Shown one piece after another: positions 13,180 through 23,379 of a stretch of DNA of 55,465 nt. Source of the stretch: a virus (lineage: Duplodnaviria; Caudoviricetes); IMG/VR virus record IMGVR_UViG_3300022827_000009, positions 1 through 55,465 of that record; one strand, given 5' to 3'. A program made the translations under genes and the position numbers. The number at the start of each line of letters is the position of its first letter. The stretch's first letter is position 1. Under the pieces are notes generated by a model that worked only from the letters and a program-made list of their open reading frames with translations, ran no database searches and had not been told where the DNA came from.

Positions 13180-13878
13180 ATGACAGAACTTACATTTAGA
13201 TCAGACATGACCGTGGAGCTAGTCCAGTCAATGGGCGACGATGCTTCGGTAGTAAAAGCTGCTCGTGTCTCTACTGGCGGTAGCACTACTACTCCTGAGA
13301 AGGATGCTGGTTTAATTAACTACCTTATGCGTGATCGCCACGGCACCCCTTTTGAGCACAACGCTTTTACGTTCTATGTAGAGGCACCTATCTTTGTGTT
13401 CCGCGAGTTTATGCGTCACAGGGTTGCGTCCTACAACGAAGAGTCAGGCCGATACAAAGAGCTTGCTCCAGTGTTTTACATTCCTAGCGAAGATCGTAAG
13501 CTAATTCAAGTTGGTAAGCCAGGTGCTTACACTTTTGAAGAGGGAACTTATGACCAGAAAAAGATTGTTCCGGCAGACATCAAGATGGCAGCTAAAGAGT
13601 CATACGCTGCTTATCAGCGGATGCTAGAAAAAGGTGTTGCCCGAGAGGTCGCAAGGAGTGTTCTACCAGTTGGACTCTACTCTTCTATGTTCGTTACGAT
13701 GAACGCCCGTACACTGATGAACTTCCTATCACTTCGAACTATGCGTGAAGGAACAATGTTTCCTTCTTTTCCGCAGAGGGAGATAGAGATGTGTGCCGAA
13801 AAGATGGAAGACTTCTTTGCAGAGGTCATGCCAGTTACTTACGCAACGTTCAATAAGAATGGTCGAGTAGCTCCATAA
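13180..13878 (+). CDS. thyX: Flavin-dependent thymidylate synthase
   Basis: HGTPFEH, RHRVASYNEESGRY (RHRx7SxR) and AREVAR motifs. Confidence 0.95.
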   Translation: MTELTFRSDMTVELVQSMGDDASVVKAARVSTGGSTTTPEKDAGLINYLMRDRHGTPFEHNAFTFYVEAPIFVFREFMRHRVASYNEESGRYKELAPVFYIPSEDRKLIQVGKPGAYTFEEGTYDQKKIVPADIKMAAKESYAAYQRMLEKGVAREVARSVLPVGLYSSMFVTMNARTLMNFLSLRTMREGTMFPSFPQREIEMCAEKMEDFFAEVMPVTYATFNKNGRVAP

Positions 13879-13924
13879 GCAAGCACTATTATAGTCAACC
13901 TGCACAGCTAGTACACTGATACCT

Positions 13925-14542
13925 ATGGATATTAAATTTATTGGCGAGACTCAGATTGCTATAGTAGATGACTTAGTTGACGTTACCGTCTGTGACGCTC
14001 TCTCTGAAATGTCTAAGTGGTGCAAAGCTCAAGGCTTAGTGTTCAGAGGTGAGCTAGACACTGATGACCACATAGTTGTAGAAGATGGTACGAACTCCCC
14101 TCCCCGCGAGGAGGATGACACCTTCTGGCTAGACAAGAATACTCCCATATCGGAGCTCCCGCAGTACTACCAAGACCTTGCTCGAATAGTGTCCGACCGC
14201 TCAACTGAAGCTGTGGATGCCTACTTCGCTCTTATCGGGCAGACACTTCCTTACAGGGAGATTAACTTAGACGTTATACACATATTCTTTGCAGGCGAAG
14301 AGCTCGAATGGCACATGGACTGCTTTGACTACTCGCTAGTCTTCTACCTAAATGACCGGACAGAGTGGGAGGGTGGAGACCTCTACTATCCCGAATTGGA
14401 CATAAAGCTGTCACCAGTTAAGAATAGACTGGTAATCCAGCCCTCGCGGATTCCTCACTTGGTCACTAAGATCACTGGGGGCCTTAGGACTACAATGACA
14501 ACTTTCATCCCCATCGGGGACCCACCGTACCCATCCGACTAA
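13925..14542 (+). CDS. 2OG-Fe(II) oxygenase
   Basis: HMD...YLND..EWEGGDL...HLV..I..GLR. Confidence 0.85.
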   Translation: MDIKFIGETQIAIVDDLVDVTVCDALSEMSKWCKAQGLVFRGELDTDDHIVVEDGTNSPPREEDDTFWLDKNTPISELPQYYQDLARIVSDRSTEAVDAYFALIGQTLPYREINLDVIHIFFAGEELEWHMDCFDYSLVFYLNDRTEWEGGDLYYPELDIKLSPVKNRLVIQPSRIPHLVTKITGGLRTTMTTFIPIGDPPYPSD

Positions 14543-14555
14543 AGGCGTAATTATA

Positions 14556-14648
14556 ATGATGATTCTGTACTATATGGAACGTGCCTACCGCAAGATTAAG
14601 TACATCCTCTTTCCGAAGAAGAGGCCAAAGAAGGACTTTATCTACTAA
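14556..14648 (+). CDS. 30-aa basic microprotein MMILYYMERAYRKIKYILFPKKRPKKDFIY
   Basis: Fills the intergenic gap; TAATG coupling to the next gene. Confidence 0.55.
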   Translation: MMILYYMERAYRKIKYILFPKKRPKKDFIY

Positions 14649-15271
14649 TGTATGCTGGCGTAACTACGATAACTCGAGAGACTAGGCATCTACCTATACC
14701 CTTTGCGACACTTAACGATGTTCTGACGCTTGTCGAAGTCGACCTCTTGCGTGATTTTGCTCTAAACTTTTCGTCTGACGCTACTGGGGATGACTTCAGT
14801 GTGAAGCACGAACTACCTAACCGGCCTACCGAATGGGACCCTCACGGGTTGGTGATGAAGCTGCAGGATCAGTTTAGAGACTACATACAAAGAAACTTCT
14901 TCATACTGGGGTCTGTGGAGCCTAGATACTTTACAATCCTCAGGACCGACGAGCTGCAATCATATGTGGACAAGTATAGCTACTTTGAAAATGGTGGATA
15001 CGTCTTATATACTGCGATCATACCGCTCTCACACCAGGGTACTGACTATACAGGTGGAGATCTTACTTATATGCAAACCGGCGAGGGCGGATCTGGGAAA
15101 CCAGGGCAGATGCTAGTCCACCGAAACGAGACACTGAACTCTTGGGCGTTAAATAAGGTGGAGTCCGGAATCCGAATAGACTTAGTCCTTGTGCAACACG
15201 AAATAGAGAACAGAACAAGCTACACCGAGTTTGAGATGGAACAAACTATAGACGATGGAATGTCTTACTAA
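14648..15271 (+). CDS. Degenerate 2OG-Fe(II) oxygenase-fold protein
   Basis: DYTGGDL and V.SGIR retained; no HxD or distal His visible. Confidence 0.6.
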   Translation: MYAGVTTITRETRHLPIPFATLNDVLTLVEVDLLRDFALNFSSDATGDDFSVKHELPNRPTEWDPHGLVMKLQDQFRDYIQRNFFILGSVEPRYFTILRTDELQSYVDKYSYFENGGYVLYTAIIPLSHQGTDYTGGDLTYMQTGEGGSGKPGQMLVHRNETLNSWALNKVESGIRIDLVLVQHEIENRTSYTEFEMEQTIDDGMSY

Positions 15272-15876
15272 ATATAGCTCGGAGCATTAGCTGCGTCGTA
15301 CTGAAAACCTGTCATGCTGTATCTAACTCCGTCAGTAACTGGCGGTACTCCGTGAAGAATATCACTGGAATGCACAACTATCATGCCGGACTCTGCTTCT
15401 AGCTCTAGGTCGAGATCCGGATAGTAGAGACTGCCTCCTGAGTAACTACTGCCACTATTTAAATAGCAGATTACCCCATATTTTATCCCTGTATCTCCTT
15501 CTTCTCCCTCGAAGGAGTCGGTATGATCTGCTAGATAATCACCGTTGGTCCACCGGTGAACTATGTTCAGTGGCATTCCGATATACGCTCCGGCGAGCCC
15601 CCCTAGGGCAGATATGCACGCAAGTATGGCAGTGTCTGCAAACTCATTGAGTTCGTTGTAGTGCCGCACGTTCGCGTCCCCTTTAAGTGTATTGAGGTAG
15701 ACATTTCGTGCATCCCATCTAGTTACGGGGGTGCCGTCACTCGTTAGAGTCCCTATCTTGGTCAGCCCACTGTCGATTAAGAGCTCCGTATAGCCGGTAA
15801 GGGCTTTGCATAGCCCATCAGGTATTGCATTCCGGGCTATAGCAATATCAGCACCAGGCACTTTGATTATCTCCAT
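15268..15876 (-). CDS. 2OG-Fe(II) oxygenase
   Basis: HTD...YLN..SYSGGSL...HGV..V..GVR. Confidence 0.88.
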   Translation of the reverse strand: MEIIKVPGADIAIARNAIPDGLCKALTGYTELLIDSGLTKIGTLTSDGTPVTRWDARNVYLNTLKGDANVRHYNELNEFADTAILACISALGGLAGAYIGMPLNIVHRWTNGDYLADHTDSFEGEEGDTGIKYGVICYLNSGSSYSGGSLYYPDLDLELEAESGMIVVHSSDILHGVPPVTDGVRYSMTGFQYDAANAPSYI

Positions 15877-15955
15877 GGGAAGAGCCTACTTTACTTTTTA
15901 ACTAGTGTTGCGGGAGATGCGTTAGAGTTGTTGGTACATAGACGAAAGACTACCC

Positions 15956-16663
15956 TTGAGCGAGCTGGACGCCCCTATTACTAAAGCAATTCTGTACGCA
16001 CGCGTATCTACAATGATACAAGTAGAGGATGGTGTGTCGCTGGATGTGCAAGAGAGAACCCTTGTGCAGGCTAGGGAGATGTACGGATTCTCCGAAGGTG
16101 AGTTGGTCCGCGAAGAGGGCCGCTCCGGTAAGAACGTTACCGGCAGGCCCAAACTAATAGACGCCCTTAAGCGTCTAGACCGTGGCGAGGCAGACGCCCT
16201 TATTGTGACCAGGATAGATAGACTGGCCAGGAGTACAAAGGACTTCTTGGACATAGTGGATAGGGCCAACAAGAATGAGTGGAGGCTGATCCTCCTTGAT
16301 CTAAACCTAGACACCTCTACATACCAAGGAAGATTTGTCGTCACAATAATGAGCGCCTTGGCCGAGATGGAACGTGGAATTATTGCAGAGCGCTCAAAGG
16401 ATATCCATAAAGATCGCAGAGATAGAGGTATCGTCTGGGGCGAAGATATGGGACCGAAGATGTTTATCCCACCGCAGGTAAGGGAGCAAGTTTTGACTCA
16501 TAGGGGCAGGGGAATGTCTTATCAGGCAATAGCCGACACGCTGAATATTCAGGGGTTAGTTGCTTCTAGGGGTGGAACTTGGTATGGTTCAAGTGTGAAG
16601 AATGTAATAGACGCACTTACGAAAAATGAAAAGGGACTCAATGGCGAGAAAAAAGAAGCTTAG
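15956..16663 (+). CDS. Serine recombinase (resolvase catalytic domain plus short C-terminal DNA-binding domain)
   Basis: YARVST, SGK...RP.L, RIDRLARS and AEMERGII.ER motifs. Confidence 0.9.
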   Translation: MSELDAPITKAILYARVSTMIQVEDGVSLDVQERTLVQAREMYGFSEGELVREEGRSGKNVTGRPKLIDALKRLDRGEADALIVTRIDRLARSTKDFLDIVDRANKNEWRLILLDLNLDTSTYQGRFVVTIMSALAEMERGIIAERSKDIHKDRRDRGIVWGEDMGPKMFIPPQVREQVLTHRGRGMSYQAIADTLNIQGLVASRGGTWYGSSVKNVIDALTKNEKGLNGEKKEA

Positions 16664-16997
16664 AGAAGAAGAGATAACTGGTCCAATTAAAGATTGGACA
16701 GTATCTACTGAGATTCAGATTAACGGCAGAAACGTTACCGTCGGCACAGAGATGAAAATAAAAGGTGAGCGTGGAAGATTCAGGTTCATGAAGCACGTCA
16801 CTAATGCTGACGGAGTTGAGTGGATAGACGTTTGGGGGGGACCAAAAAAGTCTGAGCACACTAGGAGTTTTAGGTTGGATAGAGTGCAGAGAGTTCACTA
16901 TAGGAACACTACTGACCAAGCTCTAGCGGCAGAGTATAAGGCTAAGAAGATTGCCATAAAAGCTGAACTAGAGGAGAGTAATGAAGATCAGGATTGA
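16641..16997 (+). CDS. Hypothetical phage protein
   Basis: AAGGGA RBS before ATG 16641; GERGRFRF...WIDVWGG...RSF. Confidence 0.65.
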   Translation: MARKKKLREEEITGPIKDWTVSTEIQINGRNVTVGTEMKIKGERGRFRFMKHVTNADGVEWIDVWGGPKKSEHTRSFRLDRVQRVHYRNTTDQALAAEYKAKKIAIKAELEESNEDQD

Positions 16998-17412
16998 GAC
17001 CACTAACGGAGCAGTTGTACCTATCTATGCTCAGGATGGCGACGCGGGGGCTGACCTTGGCGCCAACGAGAACGTAGAGATTAGAGCTGGAGCGCGGAAA
17101 CTTGTTAAGACTGGTATAAAGATTGCCATCCCAGACGGATACGTAGGATTGATCCACCCGCGAAGTGGCCTCGCGCTGAAGCAAGGCCTAACAGTTCTAA
17201 ATGCTCCTGGAACTATTGACTCTGGATATCGTGGTGATGTTGGCGTTATCCTGTACAACACTGAGTTTAGTAAGACGGCAGTAATCAGTAAGGGTGACCG
17301 AATCGCTCAGTTGGTAATCCAAAAGGTTGAAAGAGCAAAGTTTGAAATCGTAGACGCCCTTGATGATACTGACAGAGGCGAAGGTGGATTTGGCTCCACA
17401 GGAGTTAACTAA
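16981..17412 (+). CDS. dut: Trimeric dUTPase
   Basis: AGADL, PRSGLA, GTIDSGYRG, RIAQL and RGEGGFGSTG motifs. Confidence 0.96.
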   Translation: MKIRIETTNGAVVPIYAQDGDAGADLGANENVEIRAGARKLVKTGIKIAIPDGYVGLIHPRSGLALKQGLTVLNAPGTIDSGYRGDVGVILYNTEFSKTAVISKGDRIAQLVIQKVERAKFEIVDALDDTDRGEGGFGSTGVN

Positions 17413-17414
17413 AG

Positions 17415-17528
17415 ATGAAAGCCCTCACCGATAAAGAGAAGAAGGCCGTAAAGCTAATCTTGTCTGCTCGGCAAGTACAACGTGCGACTGAATTTAAGAT
17501 TGCTCAGGAAAAGAATAGCTCTTCTTAG
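17415..17528 (+). CDS. 37-aa microprotein MKALTDKEKKAVKLILSARQ...
   Basis: Starts 2 nt after the dut stop; GGAG upstream. Confidence 0.45.
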   Translation: MKALTDKEKKAVKLILSARQVQRATEFKIAQEKNSSS

Positions 17529-17585
17529 CCCAACGTGATTTGCTGGGTGTAGACTTAGGGAAGATGTACCAACAAAGGAGCTAAA

Positions 17586-18896
17586 TTGTCAGATACCTCA
17601 GAGTCACAGACCACCTCAAATAAGGTAAGGACCTTTGTTTTAGACACATCTGTTCTCCTCTCTGACCCAAAGGCAATCTTTCGCTTTGCGGAACACGAAG
17701 TTGTTCTGCCCATCGTTGTGATTAATGAGCTTGAGAAAAAGCGAAACGATGGCGAGATAGGTTATCTTTCACGTAAAGCGCTTCGACTACTAGACGACCT
17801 CAGAGATGAGCACGGAAGACTGGACTTCCCTATCCCAGTTGGAGACGGTGGAACTCTACGCGTTGAGCTCGGAAACATTGAGCCTGGCATCCTTCCCGCA
17901 GGTTTTCAATTAGGAGACAATGACTCGCGGATCTTGGCCGTAGCGGCGAATCTTAAGAGCGTAGGGTATGACGTAACCTTAGTCTCCAAAGATCTTCCGA
18001 TGCGAGTAAAAGCTGCATCAATTGGACTAAATGCTGAGCAGTACCTGCACGAGCTTGCCAACGAAGAGTGGCACGGTATCTCAGAGATTGCCGTCTCTGG
18101 CGCAGACATAACTAATCTCTACGACAATGGTGAACTAGCACATGAATCCATCAAGGGTATGCCCGTCAATACTGGACTAGTACTATCTTCAGAATCTGGT
18201 GGTGCACTAGGTCGAGTCACAGACAGTGGGACCATTCGTCTAGTCAAGGGTGATCGAGAAGTCTTCGGACTACATGGACGCTCTGCTGAGCAGCGACTTG
18301 CTATCGATTCGTTGTTGGATCCGGGTATGGGTATCGTCTCGCTCGGTGGAAAAGCCGGAACCGGAAAGAGCGCCTTGGCTCTATGCGCTGGGCTCGAAGC
18401 GGTCCTTGAAAGGAAAGAGCACAAGAAGATTATGGTGTTCCGACCATTGCATGCAGTTGGCGGTCAAGAGCTTGGATACCTCCCTGGAACCGAAGCCGAG
18501 AAAATGAATCCGTGGGCGCAGGCCGTTTTCGACACGCTTGGATCGCTGGTCTCTAAAGAGGTAATTGAAGAGGTCATAGCTCGTGGCATTCTTGAAGTCC
18601 TACCACTAACTCACATTCGTGGGCGCTCACTCCACGACACCTTTGTAATCGTAGATGAAGCTCAGTCGCTAGAGAAGAATGTATTGCTGACTGTTCTATC
18701 TCGTATCGGTCAAAAGTCTAGAGTGATCCTGACGCACGACGTAGCTCAGAGGGATAACCTCCGAGTGGGCCGTCATGATGGAGTCGCCTCAGTTGTTGAG
18801 AGACTAAAGGGTCAATCGATATTTAGCCACATTACTTTGATGCGCTCCGAGCGAAGCGAGATTGCTGCGCTAGTTACTGACCTTCTAGATTACTAG
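17586..18896 (+). CDS. phoH: PIN-PhoH fusion (PhoH2)
   Basis: N-terminal PIN (VLDTSVL, NDSRIL, SKD..MR), Walker [13 protein letters not shown] and VDEAQ; TTG start with AAAGGAG RBS. Confidence 0.93.
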   Translation: MSDTSESQTTSNKVRTFVLDTSVLLSDPKAIFRFAEHEVVLPIVVINELEKKRNDGEIGYLSRKALRLLDDLRDEHGRLDFPIPVGDGGTLRVELGNIEPGILPAGFQLGDNDSRILAVAANLKSVGYDVTLVSKDLPMRVKAASIGLNAEQYLHELANEEWHGISEIAVSGADITNLYDNGELAHESIKGMPVNTGLVLSSESGGALGRVTDSGTIRLVKGDREVFGLHGRSAEQRLAIDSLLDPGMGIVSLGGKAGTGKSALALCAGLEAVLERKEHKKIMVFRPLHAVGGQELGYLPGTEAEKMNPWAQAVFDTLGSLVSKEVIEEVIARGILEVLPLTHIRGRSLHDTFVIVDEAQSLEKNVLLTVLSRIGQKSRVILTHDVAQRDNLRVGRHDGVASVVERLKGQSIFSHITLMRSERSEIAALVTDLLDY

Positions 18897-19049
18897 ATGG
18901 CCAAACGCGAAATAAAAAACGCCACTATTGACTACAGCGGAGACGCTAGGGAAACTATCTTTGGATGGTGCTCCACTGGACAACATGAGGATTGTACTGT
19001 AGAGTTCCCAGGGCATACATGTGTATGCACATGTCACGGAGAGGCCTAA
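18897..19049 (+). CDS. 50-aa Cys/His-rich microprotein (...GWCSTGQHEDC...CVCTCH)
   Basis: ATG directly after the phoH stop; probable metal-binding pattern. Confidence 0.6.
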   Translation: MAKREIKNATIDYSGDARETIFGWCSTGQHEDCTVEFPGHTCVCTCHGEA

Positions 19050-19050
19050 A

Positions 19051-20001
19051 GTGGATGACCATAAACCTTTAAATAATAAACTTTGGGGAGACCCTAGGAT
19101 AAATGGCCTGTTTAAAAGTCTACACTTTAGACAAGCGATCTCGGAAAATTTAGATACCGAGTATCTGGCACGCCAAAGTCAGGACCTGCACACAAAATAT
19201 AATGTCAACTCTGCTGGCTACAGGTCACCTGAATTTATACCCAATCCAGACATCATTGCCATTGGGTGCTCTCAGACTTTTGGTATTGGTGTACCAGACT
19301 GGGCAGTCTGGCCTAAGAGGTTAGCAGATATGACTGGGAACTCGTATGTGAACCTTGCGTACTCGGGGGCCTCGATTGAGGCGCAAACAAGATCTGCCAT
19401 AGAGTACTGCACTAAGTACGGAAAGCCCAAGTATATTGTTGCGCTTTTTCCTGACCTCTATAGGATGCTTGCCCCCGTTGTCGGTGGTGGTATGAGTATC
19501 AGAGATGCTGACAGTCGTAAGAAACAGATTATGGACAAGGGGATTGTAGATATAGCAGATATAAGTTTCCCTGACCAGGTTGAGCTGCCCGTGCTCTCTA
19601 AGCGCCCCCATGGCGTGACAGATATCCTACCCGCGGAATGGCCTCTATACTTATCGCTACAAGCAATTGCCCTACTCGAAGCATACTGCGCAGCAGCTGA
19701 CATACACCTCGTATTCTCTAGCTGGAATTTAGAGTCCCTACAAGTACTATCAAGAATGGGAGTCACTGGGGGACTAATTGAGGACAGGACTCAAGAGTTT
19801 AAAGATGAAAATGGTCTATATAACAGCACGTGCCATGAAGGAGGGTTCACTGAATTTGGACCTAACTGGGTGATAGGTATGGATAACTATGAAGACAAAA
19901 AACAAATTGGACATATTGGCATTCACCGACATTTAGACTATGCTGAGATGTTCGCAGACAATTTAGAGAGAGTAGTACTCAATGCCGAGAAAAACACCTG
20001 A
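19051..20001 (+). CDS. SGNH-hydrolase-like protein, paralog 1
   Basis: NSAGYRSPEF, GCSQTFG, NLAYSGAS and C-terminal HIGIHRH. Start set at GTG 19051. Confidence 0.6.
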   Translation: MDDHKPLNNKLWGDPRINGLFKSLHFRQAISENLDTEYLARQSQDLHTKYNVNSAGYRSPEFIPNPDIIAIGCSQTFGIGVPDWAVWPKRLADMTGNSYVNLAYSGASIEAQTRSAIEYCTKYGKPKYIVALFPDLYRMLAPVVGGGMSIRDADSRKKQIMDKGIVDIADISFPDQVELPVLSKRPHGVTDILPAEWPLYLSLQAIALLEAYCAAADIHLVFSSWNLESLQVLSRMGVTGGLIEDRTQEFKDENGLYNSTCHEGGFTEFGPNWVIGMDNYEDKKQIGHIGIHRHLDYAEMFADNLERVVLNAEKNT

Positions 20002-20392
20002 GCTTCAAAAAGAGTTTCAACGTAACTGGATGGCGAAGCGCAGAGCTGAGTGGATCGCGTCAAAGGGTGGAGTCTGCGCTAAGTGTGGCTCTACCGATCG
20101 TATCGAGATAGACCACATAGATAGAAGTCTAAAGACTTTAAACTTCTCAAGTATATGGTCCAGAAAAGAAGAGGTTCGTATTAAAGAGCTCGCAAACGGG
20201 CAGCTACTTTGCTACAGATGTCATAAGATTAAAACTAGAAATGAGAGAATAGACCCTAATCTTCAGCATGGAACAACTGGAATGTATAAAAGAAAGTGTC
20301 GTTGCCAGATATGTAAAGATGCAAATGCTGCAAGATGCAGACGACAGAGAGCCGCTAAAGAGGAGCGTGAGGCTAGTGAGTTTAATCTATAA
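19982..20392 (+). CDS. HNH endonuclease-like protein with a C-terminal Zn-binding tail
   Basis: CAKC, EIDHID, LLCYRCH and HG...CRCQIC. Confidence 0.8.
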   Translation: MPRKTPELQKEFQRNWMAKRRAEWIASKGGVCAKCGSTDRIEIDHIDRSLKTLNFSSIWSRKEEVRIKELANGQLLCYRCHKIKTRNERIDPNLQHGTTGMYKRKCRCQICKDANAARCRRQRAAKEEREASEFNL

Positions 20393-20582
20393 CTACAAAA
20401 CACCTGAAAAAGATGCAGCTGGACTGTGGGCCGTAATGTCGCTCAAGGATGGAATGGTCTTTGAGGGGATAGTGATCAATGAGGCACCACATGGTATCTA
20501 CCTCTCTATAGGTGGAAATCAAGATAGGCTCTCCCTATTCCCTTGGCATCAAGTTTCTAGAGTTGTGTATAAAGAAGTTTGA
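20376..20582 (+). CDS. Hypothetical small beta-rich protein
   Basis: GTG at 20376 after AGGAG. Confidence 0.55.
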   Translation: MSLIYNYKTPEKDAAGLWAVMSLKDGMVFEGIVINEAPHGIYLSIGGNQDRLSLFPWHQVSRVVYKEV

Positions 20583-20614
20583 TATTCGCTGGATAGTATG
20601 ATACTGTTCTTTCT

Positions 20615-22129
20615 ATGAAGAATACATCAGCATTTCTAGTAACAGCCCTAATACTTTCTGGATGCACCAGTGGTGCAGTAATTCAGACAAGCCCTCCGGT
20701 GGAAGAGACGAGTTCGTCATCTCCAGTAGAGAGCGCCAGCCCTAGTCAATCTTCGACCTCTACTCCAGAGTCTGATGCCCCTATTGTAGAAGAAACCTTG
20801 TCGACTACACCTACACCTGTCGACACTGCGACTAGTGGGCCAGTCCCGACTCCTACCAGTACAAAACCGCCCACCGGGGCAGACGTCCCTATTGTGAGAG
20901 AACCGCTACCTCAGCTGATACTGAGCTCCAATTCGATGAACCCCAATATCTGTAAGCTCAAAGAAAACAGTGGGCCACGCAATAAGTACGGATCTTCTGT
21001 TGCGACCAGCTTCCCTCTGGGAGCTACGACCTCTAAGACTGGTCCACGGACCGGGGTCTTCAATGTGGCGCTAGTGTTCATAGAGTGGGGTGACCTTAGG
21101 GGAACCGATGCTGACTACGAATACTGGACAAATCAAGTAGAAAAATTTGAAGACTTCTATTGGATGGTTTCCGAAGGGAAGCTAAATGTAGAAGTACATC
21201 AAGAAAAGAAGTGGTTCACGGTCGCTGACAGTTATAAGCCTTACATCACAAGTAACGACTTCTCTGGTGGGGACTGGAGGTCGACTCCTACTTTGCAGCC
21301 AAAACTTGATGACTTTGTTAGTGCTACTGACGCTGGTGTGGACTACTCCGGCATAGACATGATTATTTACGCGATACCCAGGGCTGAAGAGGTCTTTGAA
21401 ACCGGCCCCCATGATTTTGGAACGAACCCTGGAACGGTCGCTAATACCCAAGAAGGAAAGATATACAACTGGATAGCTCCTGGAAGCTGGTTTATAGACA
21501 ACCCAGGTCAGCCTAGTTGGGTATTCATGGCCCATGAGTTTGGGCACGTACTGGGATGGGCAGATTTCAGGGACTGGCTAGAGCAGGGTAAGCAGCCAAA
21601 CAACTATCAAGCATATATTGTGAATCCCATGCATGGTTTTGAAATCATGGACAACCAAGGTGGACCTATCAGAACTATCGTGTCTTGGCTTCGATGGCTA
21701 CAGGGCTGGCTCACAGATGATCAAATAACTTGCATCGATGGCGGTGCCGTTAAAGATGAACTGTATAAAGTCACACAGTTGAACAAGATCAACGGCACAG
21801 TGGAAGCGCTGGTAATAAAAACCAGTGCCACAACTGCACTAGTTGTTGAGTCCAGGAGATGGGACTCTAGATTTGATGTCCCAGTCGTGCACTCTAAGGA
21901 TGGCGTGATCATCTACACAGTCGATTCTACGCTTGGCAACCATGAGGGCCCTCTAAAGCTACTAAGCCCCAGGGACATAACTAAATACCTAAAAGAGACC
22001 ACAACTTACCCAGACTGGAGAACGTTAGACGCCGTGTTCTATGAGGGTGACTCTATTACGGTAGACGGGCTGACTATAAAGCTAGAACGAATGGACAGTG
22101 CTGGAGACATAATTAGGGTAAGTCGCTAG
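20615..22129 (+). CDS. Lipoprotein zinc metalloprotease (M6-like)
   Basis: Lipobox LSGC, Ser/Thr/Pro linker, HEFGHVLG..D, and WLRWLQGW. Confidence 0.8.
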   Translation: MKNTSAFLVTALILSGCTSGAVIQTSPPVEETSSSSPVESASPSQSSTSTPESDAPIVEETLSTTPTPVDTATSGPVPTPTSTKPPTGADVPIVREPLPQLILSSNSMNPNICKLKENSGPRNKYGSSVATSFPLGATTSKTGPRTGVFNVALVFIEWGDLRGTDADYEYWTNQVEKFEDFYWMVSEGKLNVEVHQEKKWFTVADSYKPYITSNDFSGGDWRSTPTLQPKLDDFVSATDAGVDYSGIDMIIYAIPRAEEVFETGPHDFGTNPGTVANTQEGKIYNWIAPGSWFIDNPGQPSWVFMAHEFGHVLGWADFRDWLEQGKQPNNYQAYIVNPMHGFEIMDNQGGPIRTIVSWLRWLQGWLTDDQITCIDGGAVKDELYKVTQLNKINGTVEALVIKTSATTALVVESRRWDSRFDVPVVHSKDGVIIYTVDSTLGNHEGPLKLLSPRDITKYLKETTTYPDWRTLDAVFYEGDSITVDGLTIKLERMDSAGDIIRVSR

Positions 22130-22146
22130 GTTGGTAGAATAGATAT

Positions 22147-22608
22147 ATGAAATTCCTACCTGCATACGCTGCATATCAAGACTCTAAACTATTTCTTGAC
22201 TACTTAGAGGCTAATGGGTCAACGAAAGTTAACGAAGCATCGTCTGAGGCCCCGGCAGAGTCACCAGTTAACGAAAGACTTGGTGGCTTCGCTAAGGGTA
22301 TTAGGGAATTCCATGGTAACCGCGCTCACAGTTACTCTATAGACAAGCATCAATATAAGCACACGTTGAGCCTTGACAGCTTTGAATACATCTCGGCTGG
22401 GGAGGACCTAGTAATACCCCCTACCACAGCATGGGTGGGGATTATCTATCTAGACACCCTGGGAGAAGAGTACCAAGGACTGCCTGACATTTTTGGAGAC
22501 CTAGAGATCTCGCCGGGGGCTGGCGATGTAATGGTGTTTCCCGCAGACGTAGAGAAGTTCTTTGGCGGAGCTGCTAGAAAGTTTGCCATGTACTGGAAGG
22601 CAGACTAG
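22147..22608 (+). CDS. Hypothetical, possibly a degenerate 2OG-Fe(II) fold
   Basis: IIYLD...EY.G and P.AGDVMVFP, without metal ligands. Confidence 0.5.
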   Translation: MKFLPAYAAYQDSKLFLDYLEANGSTKVNEASSEAPAESPVNERLGGFAKGIREFHGNRAHSYSIDKHQYKHTLSLDSFEYISAGEDLVIPPTTAWVGIIYLDTLGEEYQGLPDIFGDLEISPGAGDVMVFPADVEKFFGGAARKFAMYWKAD

Positions 22609-23138
22609 TGCACTTTCCTCCAGTGCTAATTGAAGATGCCTTCACCAACGAAGAGCAGCAAGCTCTTGCAGACGTAGTTCACGTCGAGTACGTTCCTTTC
22701 AGGGACGAGAGAAACAATAGGGACTTAGCGAAATTCAAAGCACTAAAAGAGTTCAGCGAAAAGCTAGAACCCCTGGCAAGAAAGATCTTTAACGACCCTA
22801 CGCTCAAAAGTACCTACAGAGTGTACATCGACTACAACGATGAGGACTCGACTCTTAATATGCATAAAGACCAAAACGCTTGTGTGTACACCATAGACTA
22901 CTGCGTCTCTGCGGAAACTGATTGGCCACTTATAGTCGAAGGTGAAGAGTACAGCTTTAAGCCTGGACAGGCGCTAGCATTTATGGGAGGCGAAGACCTC
23001 CACGGCAGAAACCCCAAAGGCGCGGGCCGCGTCGAGAACATAATGTTCCACTTCTGCCCCGAGGATCATTGGTGGTTCACGGAAGGACCTGACCACATAG
23101 AAGTTTTGAAGGAAGCTGGAAAGCTAACTATTTACTAG
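22608..23138 (+). CDS. 2OG-Fe(II) oxygenase-like protein (second subfamily)
   Basis: HKD..AC.Y...WPL...H.R...FHF; paralog of 23380..23907. Confidence 0.75.
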   Translation: MHFPPVLIEDAFTNEEQQALADVVHVEYVPFRDERNNRDLAKFKALKEFSEKLEPLARKIFNDPTLKSTYRVYIDYNDEDSTLNMHKDQNACVYTIDYCVSAETDWPLIVEGEEYSFKPGQALAFMGGEDLHGRNPKGAGRVENIMFHFCPEDHWWFTEGPDHIEVLKEAGKLTIY

Positions 23139-23365
23139 TAGAGTCCCCGCGTGTGAGCTCTCCAGTAAGAGGGTGGAAACTTTGCCATCATTGTCTCTAC
23201 CTCTTCAGTGTTCTGATATAGGAGTAGGTAGTGATTGCAAGCATCGACGTCCTCAGGCATTCCATCATGGGTACGACATATTGGTGAAGAGTTCCAGCTC
23301 CTAGACAAGCCGTATTCAATCCACTCATCGAATGACATCTCTTCTCTACCGGGTTCTGCTTCCAT
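23135..23365 (-). CDS. Hypothetical Cys/His protein, paralog of 6152..6391
   Basis: FDEWIEYG..W..PICRTHDGMP...C...SYWRA..RG. Confidence 0.7.
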   Translation of the reverse strand: MEAEPGREEMSFDEWIEYGLSRSWNSSPICRTHDGMPEDVDACNHYLLLYQNTEEVETMMAKFPPSYWRAHTRGLY

Positions 23366-23379
23366 GTTAGAATTCTATC

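Noticed and set aside
15956-16997. IS607-family element
   Set aside because: No N-terminal MerR-type HTH on the recombinase, and the downstream gene is not TnpB.
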